In this document: one piece after another, positions 1-12,696 of the stretch
How positions within the stretch are numbered: the first letter of the stretch is position 1
Layout: each line of letters opens with the position of its first letter
NCBI GenBank assembly: GCA_012295275.1
Contig: CM022678.1
Span: forward strand, 17,670,001-17,734,000
From: Chrysomallon squamiferum
Taxonomy: Eukaryota > Animalia > Mollusca
Direction of reading: 5' to 3'
Length of the DNA stretch: 64,000 nt
The notes under the pieces: model-generated
What the model was told of the DNA's origin: nothing
Database searches by the model: none
What the model saw: only the letters and a program-made list of their open reading frames with translations
Program-made: the position numbers and the translations under genes

Positions 1-176
1 CAGCATAACACACTAATACATCATCTTAATAGATAGACTGTACGCTTGGCTTTTTGATTATTTTCAGAAGCTACAAGGCAATGTTACTAACAAATAAATA
101 AAGTTCATCTAGGATGTGTCACCTGTGTAACACCTGTGTAACACCTGTGTAACACCTATATAATACAGGTAAGTAA

Positions 177-266
177 TTAATGTTCATTGTTCTCTGGCCC
201 ATCCTCTGTAGATGGTGCGATCACCCCAGCCATCAAACCTTCTTTTTCTAGACTAGCCAGTTGTCT

Positions 267-340
<74 letters not shown>

Positions 341-451
341 TAAAAATGTTAAGTATATGAGTATTATTATTTGTGACTGGAAAGTGTTAAGAAAAGAACA
401 ATACCAGAGATGATGATGATGATGATAAACATAATAATAACAGAGATGATG

Positions 452-490
<39 letters not shown>

Positions 491-828
491 TTACTAGAGA
501 TGTTTATAATAATAATAATAGTAATAGAAATGAATATAATAATAATAATAATAATGTTGCATAATGTTTTAAGTTTAAAGTAATACCTTCTCAATTTTGT
601 GACCTTTGACCTCAGCTCTTTATCATATTCCCTAATCTTTGCAATCTCTGACCAAGCCTCCTGTTCAGGTCGAAGGTCAACTTGGCTTCTGAGATATAAC
701 CCACTCCATAGGGTCTGTAAAAGAAAACAAAATGAAAAAGAACAGAAAGTCAAAATAAGGACATTTGTAACAGACATACATTGATATATCAGTGTACAAT
801 TGTATTTACACACATACAGATATATATA

Positions 829-898
<70 letters not shown>

Positions 899-964
899 GA
901 TATATCCATAAATGTTTCAACAAAAGATCTTAACTGTGAAAATATGTGGGAATTCAGTGACAAT

Positions 965-1013
<49 letters not shown>

Positions 1014-3712
1014 GGGGGAGAGGGGGAGACGTGGAGAGGGGGAGAGAGACACAGAGAGGGAAAGAGTATAAGAAATAAAAACAAAGACAGAGCCAGATAG
1101 AGAGAGACACACAGACAGACTGACATACCAAACTCTGAGGTGCCACAGAAGGCCAGATCACAGCTGGATTGGGGTCATACATTGGATTCAAATACTGCTG
1201 AATAATCTCAGGTCTGTTAATGTAAGACCTGAAAAACAAAAACATCTCCACAAACTTAAATCTTCATAATGTCCTGCATGAAGTGCCATGGAAACATAGC
1301 AATGGTTTTATTTAATTTTTAAATATTTATATTAACAGTTCACATACGTTTGGTTAAAAATGAGAATAATTAGAATAAAAACCTATTCTGTGTTTAATCA
1401 TCTATTCAGAATCATTACAACACTGGTAAAAAAATAATTATAAAATATTTCAAAAATTACTTTTAGTGCTATAAATAGAAAAGCATATCAAAATATTTAG
1501 CTATAATTAAGAAATATTTTGTCAAAGATTCTTACTTATCATTACTAGTATAATTATCATTAATGGTACTAAAATTTATCAATACTAGTACTAAAAATTA
1601 CCATTACTCGTATACTAAATGGCATCGTTACTGGTATTAGAATACATCTTTAAAAGTTATGATTATTTATATAAAAGTTATCTTGAAAATTTATCATTAT
1701 TGATACAAGATTTCTAAGATGGTCACATCTCTGTCACTCTTGAATACTGAGACTACAATAACAACTGGTTACTGGTTGTGTTTCTGCTGCTGTGTTTCCT
1801 GTCAAATGTTAAAATATTTTAATATTTACCACAAAGAGACAGTTCGCTTTGACAGTTTGTGTGATGCTCTGTCTCTTTCCGAATCACACATGAACGTTCC
1901 TGTAAGAAAATCACAAACATTTTATAACATCTTCATTTCATTTCAAACTCTTACTGTTTGACTTTTACAAGTGTTACTATTGTTAAGCTTGTTAAATTTA
2001 GGGTGCCAGAAAGCTGATGGTACATCTGTTTATACATAAGGAGAGACATATGGACTTGTTTTGTATAAACAGCTTAGATACATATACTATTATTATTATT
2101 ATTATTAATATTACTAAATAAAGATATAAATACAATTAACTATACTGTACATACACAAATACACACATACACAGAAACAGACACAAATATGCCTATCTAT
2201 AAAACACATCTACACAACACACACACACAGTACTACAAAACACAGAGAATATGTGAACTGTTTGTAACTGAATACAAGACAGCACTTACCATACGGAGAA
2301 GAGTATGCATGCTGAACCAGGAGAATAAGAAAATCTTCATTGAACTCAAATGAACAAGGAAACTGTTGCCAAATCTGAAAATAACAGATAATAATAATGA
2401 CTGAGCTTTTAGAATACAAATTAAATAAATAATTATTTAATAATAATATCAAAACTATTAATAATGAAAATATACCTGTTTTACATATTGAAATATTTTC
2501 AAATATTTAAAACATTTTTTTTTTTACTTTAAAGAAATAATTTTTCATATAATTGTACACAAGAAACAAGACAATATTCAGATGAAAAAATTCTGTTACT
2601 ATCTCAAACACACATTTATCTTACATATTAAAATGTATTCAAGGTAATTTTAATGTAATTGTACATACATGGACTCAGATGAAAATTCTGTTAATATCCA
2701 AACATATATCTGTTAAAAAAACAAAATGCATTTGGTACATTTCCTTAAATATTAAATAAATATCTTAAAATAACTACAAACACCCATGAAAGAGCTCAGA
2801 TTTTTACTATGTTTTGTTTTGTACAACATGCATTTAAACAAAATAACAAAAAGAAGACAATACTAAACAGAAGAAAAAAAATTAAAAATATTTCTTTATC
2901 ACATCTACATATCACACAAAAAAAGGTCAAAAAAAATAATAAAATTAACAAAAAAAAAATAAAATAAGTTTTTTTACTTTTATTTTATTTTAGAAAGTTA
3001 AAATATTTTTTATAACATTTACTTCTTTTCTACTGCATATAATCAAGAAAACAGATTTTTACTGTGGTTTCTATAGATTTCTTCTAAAACATTTATCATA
3101 TTTTTTCTTTGCAAAGTAACTGAAAACCTGAAAAACAGATTTTTACTGTGGTTTCTGTGGAGTGTCTTGTAAACTGTTTATCAAGTTTTTACCTGCCACA
3201 CACAGTCGAGGAAAAGTAAGAAGACAGGAGACTCTTGTCTGTGTTTTGTGATCATAAAAACGCAGATTTCGCACATCGACTTCGAAACGGATGTCCTGCC
3301 TGCAACCATTCTCTCTCAATCAGAGCTTCAAACCTTTAAACAACAACAACAACAACAACAATAACAGTAATAAAAGTAATAATAATCATTCAAACCTTTA
3401 AACAATAACAATAACAATGAATATGATAATAATAATAACCATTCTCTCTCAATCAGAGCTTCAAACCTTTAAAACAACAACAACAATAACAGTAATAATA
3501 AATAACAATAACAATCATAAACCTTTAAACAATAACAATAATAATAATAACAGTAATAGTAATAATAAATCAGATAAACCTTTAAAAATAACAATAATAA
3601 CAATAACAGTAATAGTAATAACCAGTCTCTCTCAATCAGAGCTTCAAACCTTTAAATAACAACAACAACAACAACAACAATAATAATCATAATAATAATG
3701 ATAATGATAATA

Positions 3713-3743
<31 letters not shown>

Positions 3744-4952
3744 ATTCTCTCTCAATCACAGCTTCAAACCTTTAAATAATTATAATAGCAACAATAATAA
3801 TAATGATAATAATATAAATAATTACAAGAGTAGTAATGACAACTTTACAGAATATAAACAGCAAAGTATCCACACATGATGTTTTAATTTACTGGGGTTG
3901 ACAACAACAGTGAAATTTGTGCTATTACTGAACACAACCCTTCCTCTAATGATTCACTGTCAAAACCCACAATGTCTGCCTTGAAATGTTGTCTTGTTTT
4001 ATAAAATAAATGACTATACTGATTACATACATACTTAATTTCTGCTTGAGTACATATTCCATTACCAATTACAACAGTTGTTACATTAGATTATAAAATA
4101 TCCACTGACAGTTATACTGCATCCATTAACAATTACTGTACCCACTAACAATTACTGTACCCACTAACAGTTACCTACCCACTAACAGTTCGACAGTCCT
4201 GATCTAGGATTAACTGAGACAGTGAACTGATCTGCAAAGTCGAATCTAATCCCTCAGATCCATGGACCAGCACCGAGGCTCCTAGTTAAAAAAATAAACA
4301 ACATAAATTTACAATTTTCATGAATGTTACAGAAAGATTATTGATTTCAATGCTGCCGTTCAACATCAGTCATTCAAAGATGTTTGAGAAGAAGTTAAAA
4401 CTAGTTTTCTTAACATTCATACTTTTTTTTTTTCAAAGTGTCTTTGAATCTAAACAAAAAGAAATGTTTAATTTCTTTGATGACTTAAAATCAGAAATAA
4501 GTATTAGTAATGAAGAAGTTTAAAAATGAAATAACGAAATGTAAAACTTGAGTTTTTGGTAAAACATAATATAAAATTAAAAAAAACAAAAAACAAGATG
4601 TAGTTTTTTTATTCAACCTTGTTCACAACATTTTTACACTTCTACATTTTAAAACAGTCATTCAGAAACCTTTGAAAACACAGAATTATCACACAAAACA
4701 CACATACAGACAGACACTCTGATATACACACCTACAGAAACACACACTCACACCTACCCTGACACACTCACACCTACCCACACACACACATTCAGACAGC
4801 CACTAAAAATTCACTCCACTCTCCAGACTTGTGAATCTGAAAACTAAAAACAAAACCTCACCCTCCTTGTCTATGCACTGTGCGACCACACACGCACATG
4901 TAAGAATGTCTTTGATGTGTGTCAGCCAGTTACTCACTCCAGCACACACAAC

Positions 4953-4983
<31 letters not shown>

Positions 4984-7900
4984 CACATTCAGACAGCTGT
5001 AAAAATACACTCCACTCTCCAGACTTGTGAATCTGAGAACTAAAAACAAAAAATTACACCAACTTGTAAACAAAACAAAACAATAATCTTATATGGTTAT
5101 AGTTTTTATATTACAGTTTAGAAATGAAGTGAAATTAATGGTTAATTATATCAATATTTTACAATTATATCAACAGTAAACAAAACCAAAAATATAATCT
5201 TATGTGGTTATAGTTTTTATATTACAGTTCAGAAATGTAGTGAAATTAAAGTTTAATGATATCAAAATTTTACAATTATGTCAACAGTGAAATTAAAGTT
5301 TAATTATATCAAATTTTACAGTAAACAAAAAAAAATAATAATAACCAATAATAATTCTTAGAGCAAATACAATTACAGTTGTTATATTATAATTCAGAAA
5401 TGTAGTGAAATTAAAGTGATTTTTTTCTAAATCATTTTTCAAAGTTCTATTCTCATGCTACAGAAAAATTAATAATAATACTTCTACTACTACTACTACT
5501 ATTAATAATTACTAAAAATTATTACTATAATAATATTAATAATTTTATATTACTACTAAAATATATAAAAATTAAAATATATTTTTACTGCTACTAATCA
5601 TGTGCATTTGCACACATACATATATCCATATGAACATTTTTTATAATGAGATACACAAACAAAAGATGAAAATATTGCATCCATAAATTTTTCCAAAGTA
5701 ATCAAAAAAACCTTCAACTATCTTGTTAAGTGAGTTGAAATCTATCTTTTTTTTGATGAATTCTTTTCCACAGTATCAAAATAATCGATATTTTAAAGAA
5801 TAACAATTAAAATTAAAAACAAATAATAATACCTTCGACCATTTTGATGAGTGAGTCATGGAAAGCTTGTTTTCTTTCTATCGGTTGATGAATTCTTCTC
5901 CACTGTGGGTAGTGAGCCTCAGGTTCATATCCTCCCCCTACAAAAATACAAATACTGTAAAATGTACAAAATAAAAATACAGTAAAATGTACAAAATAAT
6001 AATAAAAATACAGTAAAATATATAAATAAAAAATAATGAAAAATTTACAGAATATAAATACAGTAAAACAATATACAAAACAAACATATCGTAAAATATA
6101 TAAAATAAAAATACAGAAAAATATATAAAAAACAAAAAGAAAAGGAAAATATATAAAACAAAAAGACAGTAAAATATACAAAACCTAAATAATGTAAAAT
6201 ATATCAAAATAAAAATACACTGAAGTCAAACTAGCTGTGGCAGACTACTGCCCATTGGTCACACAGTACATCAAACTAACATTTTCACCACTGAAGTGAG
6301 GAGGGTCATCAAACTACTTCACTATGTAACAGTTGACAACTGACCAGTGGTCAGACAGTACATCAGACTAACATTTTAACTACTGAAATGAGGAGGGTCA
6401 TAAAACTACCTCACTATGCAAGAGTGGACAGCTTACCAGTGGTCAAACAGCACGGACTACTAACTAACATGTTCACTACTGAGGTAGAAAGACAGAAAGA
6501 CACAAACCTTTAGCCTGAGACATCTTAGCCACACTTTGAGCCCGAGTGTCGACGATGTAACCTTTTCTTCCAATTCCTAGAACTGAGTTTATCATCTTCT
6601 CATCGTCCTTGCATCGTCTGCCGTTCTGACCTGTCAGCGGCTGACTGCTTCGCAACATCACAGCCTGAGCCAGAACGAAAAATTAGATTTTGAAAAAATT
6701 TTTATAAAATTTTAATACGATTTCAACGATTTTCAAACTTCATTGATTAACTCTCCCATGACAACCAAAAATACAAGACAGAATTTAAAAAAATTGTTTA
6801 TTAAAATTTTGAATTAATATTTTCACTACTAAGATTAATATTAATTGTAAAAACACTTTACTGTGATAGAAACATAAAATTCCACAAAACTACTGTACTG
6901 GACTGACAAAAAAAGTATTAAAATTGTTAGATATTCTGATATATATATATAAATGTATCTGGATAAATAAAACAGTTGTTAAAGGCTAATAAAGGAAAAA
7001 TCAGTGTCAAAATTGCTGCATTTGACTGACAAAACTGTGACACAGTACACAAGAGATTGTGTTTTAATAAAATAATTTGACTTATAGATTATATGAAAAG
7101 CTCAACATCAAAATCACTCAACTGGAGTGACAAAACTGTACGAATGATTTGTTACAAGTTAATTTTGTTACATAGGTAAATGTAAATTCAAAATCACGAA
7201 GGTGTCATTAAAGATATTCAGAAAGTTAAAAGATGACGTTAACAAAGAGTAAACAGTTTCAATTATTCGAATATCCTCAAAACCAAAATTCCAGATATTA
7301 CAACACAGATAAAAAAAAAAAAAGAATCTATTTAAAAAATTATTATGTCAAAGAAAAAAACTATTAAAAAAAAAAAGAAAAAAGAAACATCAAAAACATT
7401 TTTAATAATTTTGTTCTCTTGATTAATATAACTTTATAATACATCCCAACTAATTTATGTGGATTACAATTATATATATATATTTTTTTTTATTATTATT
7501 ATCAACACATCTACTATAGAGTATCTACATTCATTATCTATACTACAGTATCTAAATCAACAGCTATACACCATAACCTACATGAAAAAGCTTATTCATT
7601 AAATTTATCGCTGATATTAAAATATTTTGTTTTAAAAAGTCACCTTGCTGTCTCTGTGGTAGTAACTAAGGACAGGAAATCGGCCATGTTGTCTGAATGC
7701 AGCTACTTTGATGATCATCTCGTCATCAATACATTTTGGCACAATCACTGCATGTGGGTAAGATGGGCAAATCTGAAACAAGTAAAAAAAAATAAATATC
7801 TTAATAAAATTTAAAATAAACTGAAATTTCTAAATATGTTAAAAGTGTAAAACAAACACAAGTGTATGTGGTCCAAATATTCATTTTCTGATTATGATAT

Positions 7901-10649
7901 TTATTTAATTTCATTAATGTTTGTACTGGTTATAGATATAAATATTTTTATAATCTGTACATCATCTGTTTATTATAAGACACAGCATTTCCCATTAATA
8001 ATACAAACATTAATTTTAAAAAATAATAAAATAAATAATAATTAAATTAAATCTATATACGTGTGTGTGTATATATATATATATATATTTAACAAAACAT
8101 TTCAGATATTCAAATTCTTAACTCTCTGACAGATCTCTGTATATAGAAATTATGTTGCTAGGATACACACTATGGCCCTGCCTACCTGGAAGTCACTGTT
8201 GACAGAACTAAGTCTCCATTCTTCAGAACATTCTTTGAACCTCGCAAATTCCCGTTCCGGCTGGAAAGCCTGCCAGCCGTCCTCCATTATTTCAAACTGA
8301 GGCCGATGAAAGAAAGGGTAAGCTAAGGTCACATCGTCTGAAAGGTCAAACCAACAAAAATCTCTCGTCTTAAAATTTCAATAATAATATTTTTATTTTT
8401 ATTTTTTTGTTTTGTTTTATTATTTAATATTTCTATTTTGTTTTGTATCATCCCAGTAATAACAGAGACTATTCACATTTAATTCTTTTCAAATTTCTTT
8501 ATGTTTTTTTGGTGTTTTATGAATAGAGGGACTGCAACAATAAAACCCAATTCTTAAATAAAATTTGATATCTAGGAGATGGGAATCTAGGAGATGCTAC
8601 TGAAAATTTGAATTATCTGGTGTGAAAATTCCAAACAAAATTGCTTTGCTTTGTCAGGGAACACCTCACTAACTTCAAATTCACTAAGTAAGAAAAAACT
8701 TAAATTATTTGCTGGAAAAATGTATTTAAGAATGCTACTGATTGCTGGTAAATTTGATAAAATGTAATTTAAAATATCAGTTTAAGCTTGTCCTTTCTGC
8801 AATTATTCTCTCTGAATCCGAGCTTCAAATCTTTATGGAAATAAAAATCGTAATAATAATAAATATAATAATATTAATAATAATATAATAATTATAATAA
8901 TATTAATAATCATAACACTGACATTTTTTTGTTTTTTCATACATAGCAACCTCATAAATAAAAAACATTTTTTTTTATGTAATGTGTGAAATAAAAAATT
9001 TAAAAAAATAAGTTTCAAGAAACATGTTTATCTTCAATGAGGCTGTTCAACCCTTTGTTATCTTTTCAGTGTGAATCCTGTTTAGAAAGACACCCACAGT
9101 GGAGTGTAAATTAAAAATAAAACACTCCTGTGATTCTGGACACCCTGTGTTTATTTCTGTTGTCACTCACCGATGTTGGACAGCTGTTCTATGGAGTTGG
9201 CGACGCTGATGCAGTCCTCAGCGTTTGGAATTTCCAGCTGGATGAAGATGAAGTCTTTACACTTGAGAGTGAGAGTTCCTCCAGAACCTGACAGTTTCTT
9301 CTCCACACTGTCCACAGCACTGTGTAACAGCTGAAACATAGACAGTAACAGGTGTAACATACAGTAACAGGTGTAACATAGACAGTAGCATGTTTACAGC
9401 ACTGTGTAACAGCTGAAACATAGACAGTAACAGGTGTAACATACAGTAACAGGTGTAACAGACAGTAACATGTGTAACATACAGTAACATAGTAACATAG
9501 ACATTAACATTGTTTACAGCACTGTGTAACAGCTGAAACATGGAAAGTAACATGTGTAACATACAGTAACAAATTTAACATAGACAGTTACATGTGTAAC
9601 ATAGACAGGAACATGTGTAACATAGTAATGTGTAACATACAGTAACATGTGTAACATACAGTAACATAGGCATTAACACTGTCTACAGCACTGTGTAACA
9701 GCTATAACATAGAAAGTAACATGTGTAACATACAGTAACAAATTTAACATAGACAGTTACATGTGTAACATAGACAGGAACATGTGTAACATAGTAATGT
9801 GTAACATACAGTAACATGTGTAACATACAGTAACATGTGTAACATACAGTAACATAGGCATTAATACTGTCTACAGCACTGTCTAACAGCTGAAACATAG
9901 TCAGTAACGTGTAACACAGTAACATGTTTACAGCACTGTGTAACAGCTGAAACACAGTAACAGGTGTAACATACAGTAACATGTGTAACAGTAGCATGTT
10001 TACAGCACTGTGTAACAGCTGAAACATAGACAGTAACATGTATAACATTGACACGTTTTCAGCACTGTAACTATATATAGCATTGAATAATAGCTGTAAC
10101 ATAGTAACAAGTGTAACATTAAAAACTGTAACACACGTGACTGTAACATCACGTAACAATGTAACAAAGAGAATAATAGTTCTAGAGCTTCGATAATGAA
10201 TGATTTGCACACACAGTCCTTTCTGGAAAAGAATCAGTTTTGCTGACTTTATTCAAAGTTTCAGTTTTTCTGCTAAAAACCTAAGAATTTCATCTGAGGA
10301 TACGATGCTTCTTTTATAATCTGATTAAAATATGTACAACAATAACAAATACAGTAACACTGTACAGAATATGCCCATAATTCTTTTCTCTAATTTGCAA
10401 GTGATGACTAAACTTTATAATTTAACAAACATTATTACTCGTAATTCTTTTCTCTAATTTGTAAACGATGCTTAAACTGTGTAATTTAATAAACACTATT
10501 ACCCATAATTCCTCTCTCTGATCTTTGCGAGATGACAAGATGAGGTGGTGACCAGAAACACACAGAGTTCCCTCCACCGGCTCGCAGAATGGTCGCTTCA
10601 TCACAACGTTGTTCACCATCGGAGTCTTGATAAACTCGGCAAACTCCAT
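177..10649 (-). CDS. MTMR9: Myotubularin-related protein 9 (catalytically inactive myotubularin), 14 coding exons
   Basis: Exons (minus): 10649-10503, 9330-9171, 8337-8186, 7772-7644, 6664-6508, 5937-5833, ~4996-4862 (5' part corrupted), 4281-4179, 3333-3193 (frameshift at 3256-3260), 2374-2290, 1899-1830, 1228-1129, 714-587, 264-177 (TAA). All GT-AG with consistent phases. Translation begins [10 protein letters not shown] and includes [52 protein letters not shown] (dead active site in place of HCSDGWDRT, as in MTMR9), [39 protein letters not shown] and a C-terminal coiled coil. Confidence 0.93.
3305..3776 (-). repeat. Tandem echoes of MTMR9 exon-9 acceptor and exon start, separated by (AAT/AAC)n
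   Basis: CTCTCTCAATCAGAGCTTCAAACCTTTAAA at about 3311 (true), 3445, 3627 and 3747; partial AAACCTTTAAA copies in between. Confidence 0.9.
6235..6485. repeat. Intronic tandem repeat, about 90-nt unit, about 2.5 copies
   Basis: TGGTCA.ACAGTACATCA.ACTAACATTTT..C.ACTGAA.TGAGGAGGGTCAT.AAACTAC recurs. Confidence 0.75.
9314..10160 (-). repeat. Minisatellite containing six extra copies of the MTMR9 exon-2 acceptor plus first 15-17 exon nt
   Basis: Plus-strand ACAGCACTGTGTAACAGCTGAAAC recurs near 9314 (true), 9396, 9516, 9685, 9873, 9930 and 10002, embedded in TGTAACATACAGTAACA-type repeats. Confidence 0.9.
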
Positions 10650-11040
10650 GATTCTCTAACTTGTTGTTACAGCCTAGCTTTGTAAATATAATAATACTTA
10701 TAAAACTGATGATGATGATAATACAAAATATAATTATAATGATGATGATGATGATGATGATGATAATAAAAAATATATTATAATGATGATGATGATGATG
10801 ACTGACAATAATAATAATAATAATAATAACAAAAGTAGTAGCAGCATACAGAAATAACACAGTTGTATGCTGTAGTAGTTGTAGTGACAGCTTTTTCGGT
10901 AGTTGTAGTAGCAGAAGCAATAGTAGTAGTCATACTGATACTAATATATATATTTTTTTATTATTATAGTATAAAAGTATTATGTAGTAGCAGTAAAAAT
11001 AATTTAGATAATAAATGCTGGAAACATATCACTGCATTAC

Positions 11041-11126
11041 CTGGATTTGATATATCAGCTGATTTGTATCAGCAGGTATAAATTAAACTCAGTTCTTCTG
11101 TGTTAACATCAGAAATCCAAAAATTG
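11041..11126 (-). other. Candidate non-coding 5'UTR exon of MTMR9
   Basis: Minus-strand acceptor ttattttcag ending at 11127 and donor CAG|gtaatg at 11040. Lies between the promoter region and the ATG exon; higher-complexity sequence among microsatellites. Confidence 0.45.
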
Positions 11127-11849
11127 CTGAAAATAAATATTAGAAAATTATTTAATTTGTCATTCACTGTTGTACACCTTCAAGATTTGCACTTAAGTAT
11201 GTTCTTTATACATTTTTAAAATCTGCTACTTTGTGTGTGTGTGTGTGTGTGTTTTAGTATTCAGAATGATAAGGTCTGTATTCATAACATATAACTTCAC
11301 ATGCACAAAAGCATACATTTTTGCTGTACCTTTACTGGGGAAATTAGTCAAATTGTTTCATTATGGTAAAATTTTAAAAAAGAATTCCAGCAAAACAATT
11401 CATGGTACTCCATATATAGGCTTACCTAAAGATTCCTTCACTATTTAACAAATAATTTTAATAATGAACTTACAAAATGTACCTTCAACCTATCCTATTA
11501 CTAAATATAATTTTCATGGTATTATAAACACACACAACAACAACAACATTAATAATAATAATAAATTCAAATGCCAATACAACTAAAATAATATTTTTTG
11601 TCATCTGTAGAAATGATTTAATCACTTATCATTAATTTACTCTTTTACAAGTATGAATGCGTCATCTACATAAAATTTAGTATAAATTTCTTATTTCTGA
11701 CATCTGTCATGAGTGTCTCGACTCAATGTCTGTGAACACGGACTGTCGAAGCATTTTTTATTTTATTTTTTTAATCACCTTTTTTCCTCCAGCATAATTC
11801 AGGAACCTAAATCAAATTACTAACTAAATCATTAAAAATTTAAAAACGT

Positions 11850-12175
11850 TTTCCTACCTACTTATAACAACCAGAATTACGATAAGAGATTAAAAACATT
11901 TGATAATATCTATCTCTTCTTGTCTCATGGGACAGACCGATGTTAATATTGACTTCCTAGTGTTACGGACTGAATGTTATTATTATTATTATTTTTAATT
12001 TGGATTTGCTTTTGAATAAACTTAGAAATCATACTGTTTGTTTCATTTAGTGCATTTTTAAAGACATGCATAACTACCTTTTCAATTATACCACAGTTCA
12101 AATAATATCGATTTTTCCTTTGGATGATTTACTGCGTTCCAGTTTCAGACAACAGACACATTCCAAGATGGCAGC
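11850..12175. promoter_or_regulatory. Probable bidirectional promoter shared by MTMR9 (-) and ZC2HC1A (+)
   Basis: Head-to-head genes. ETS-like ACTTCC near 11952; YY1-like CAAGATGGC overlapping the ZC2HC1A ATG (12164-12172); candidate MTMR9 first-exon donor GTAGGT near 11855-11861. Confidence 0.55.
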
Positions 12176-12471
12176 GAACGTAGGTAAACAAATTTATTCT
12201 CCGCTTAACATTATTTTAATGGTTATTTCCGAAAACACATTTTTATTGCTTGATTGAGATATAATGACTTTTGTCTTTCTCTGTTTGTATCTGAACATTT
12301 TTAGCATATTTATATTTTGTTTTTTAAAAACTCAAGTAAAAGTTTAGTTGTTAGGCTAGGCCATAAAAAACAATTGTTTGTGACGTTTATATGGGCGAAA
12401 ATTGAAACTTTTATATATTTTTAACACGTCCAAACCAGAACTATATATATATAGAGAGAGAGAGATATATA

Positions 12472-12505
<34 letters not shown>

Positions 12506-12652
12506 TGGTTTTGTTTTTGTATTATTACGCTGAAGATTTTTACCACAGTCAAAAGTTTTGATTCAATAAGTTTTTCATTATTTTGATTTTTTTAATATTT
12601 TGAGTTTTTAATATTTATTTCGTTAATTATTTTTATTGAGTTTACATACATT

Positions 12653-12696
<44 letters not shown>

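Noticed and set aside
367-1251. 294-aa ORF and many other poly-I/Y/L/CV/TH ORFs in the track (e.g. 18327-18832, 35629-36099, 36203-36820, 56697-57110)
   Set aside because: Translations of microsatellites. Only the embedded MTMR9 and ZC2HC1A exon segments are real coding sequence.
4989-4991. In-frame TGA in MTMR9 exon 7 as selenocysteine or readthrough
   Set aside because: Not aligned to a conserved Cys, no SECIS recognised, and neighbouring frame disruptions point to sequence error.
9314-10160. Repeat-spacer look of the exon-2 echo array (CRISPR-like)
   Set aside because: Eukaryotic intron; the spacers are themselves repetitive and variable in length, there are no cas genes, and the unit is a copy of the splice junction.
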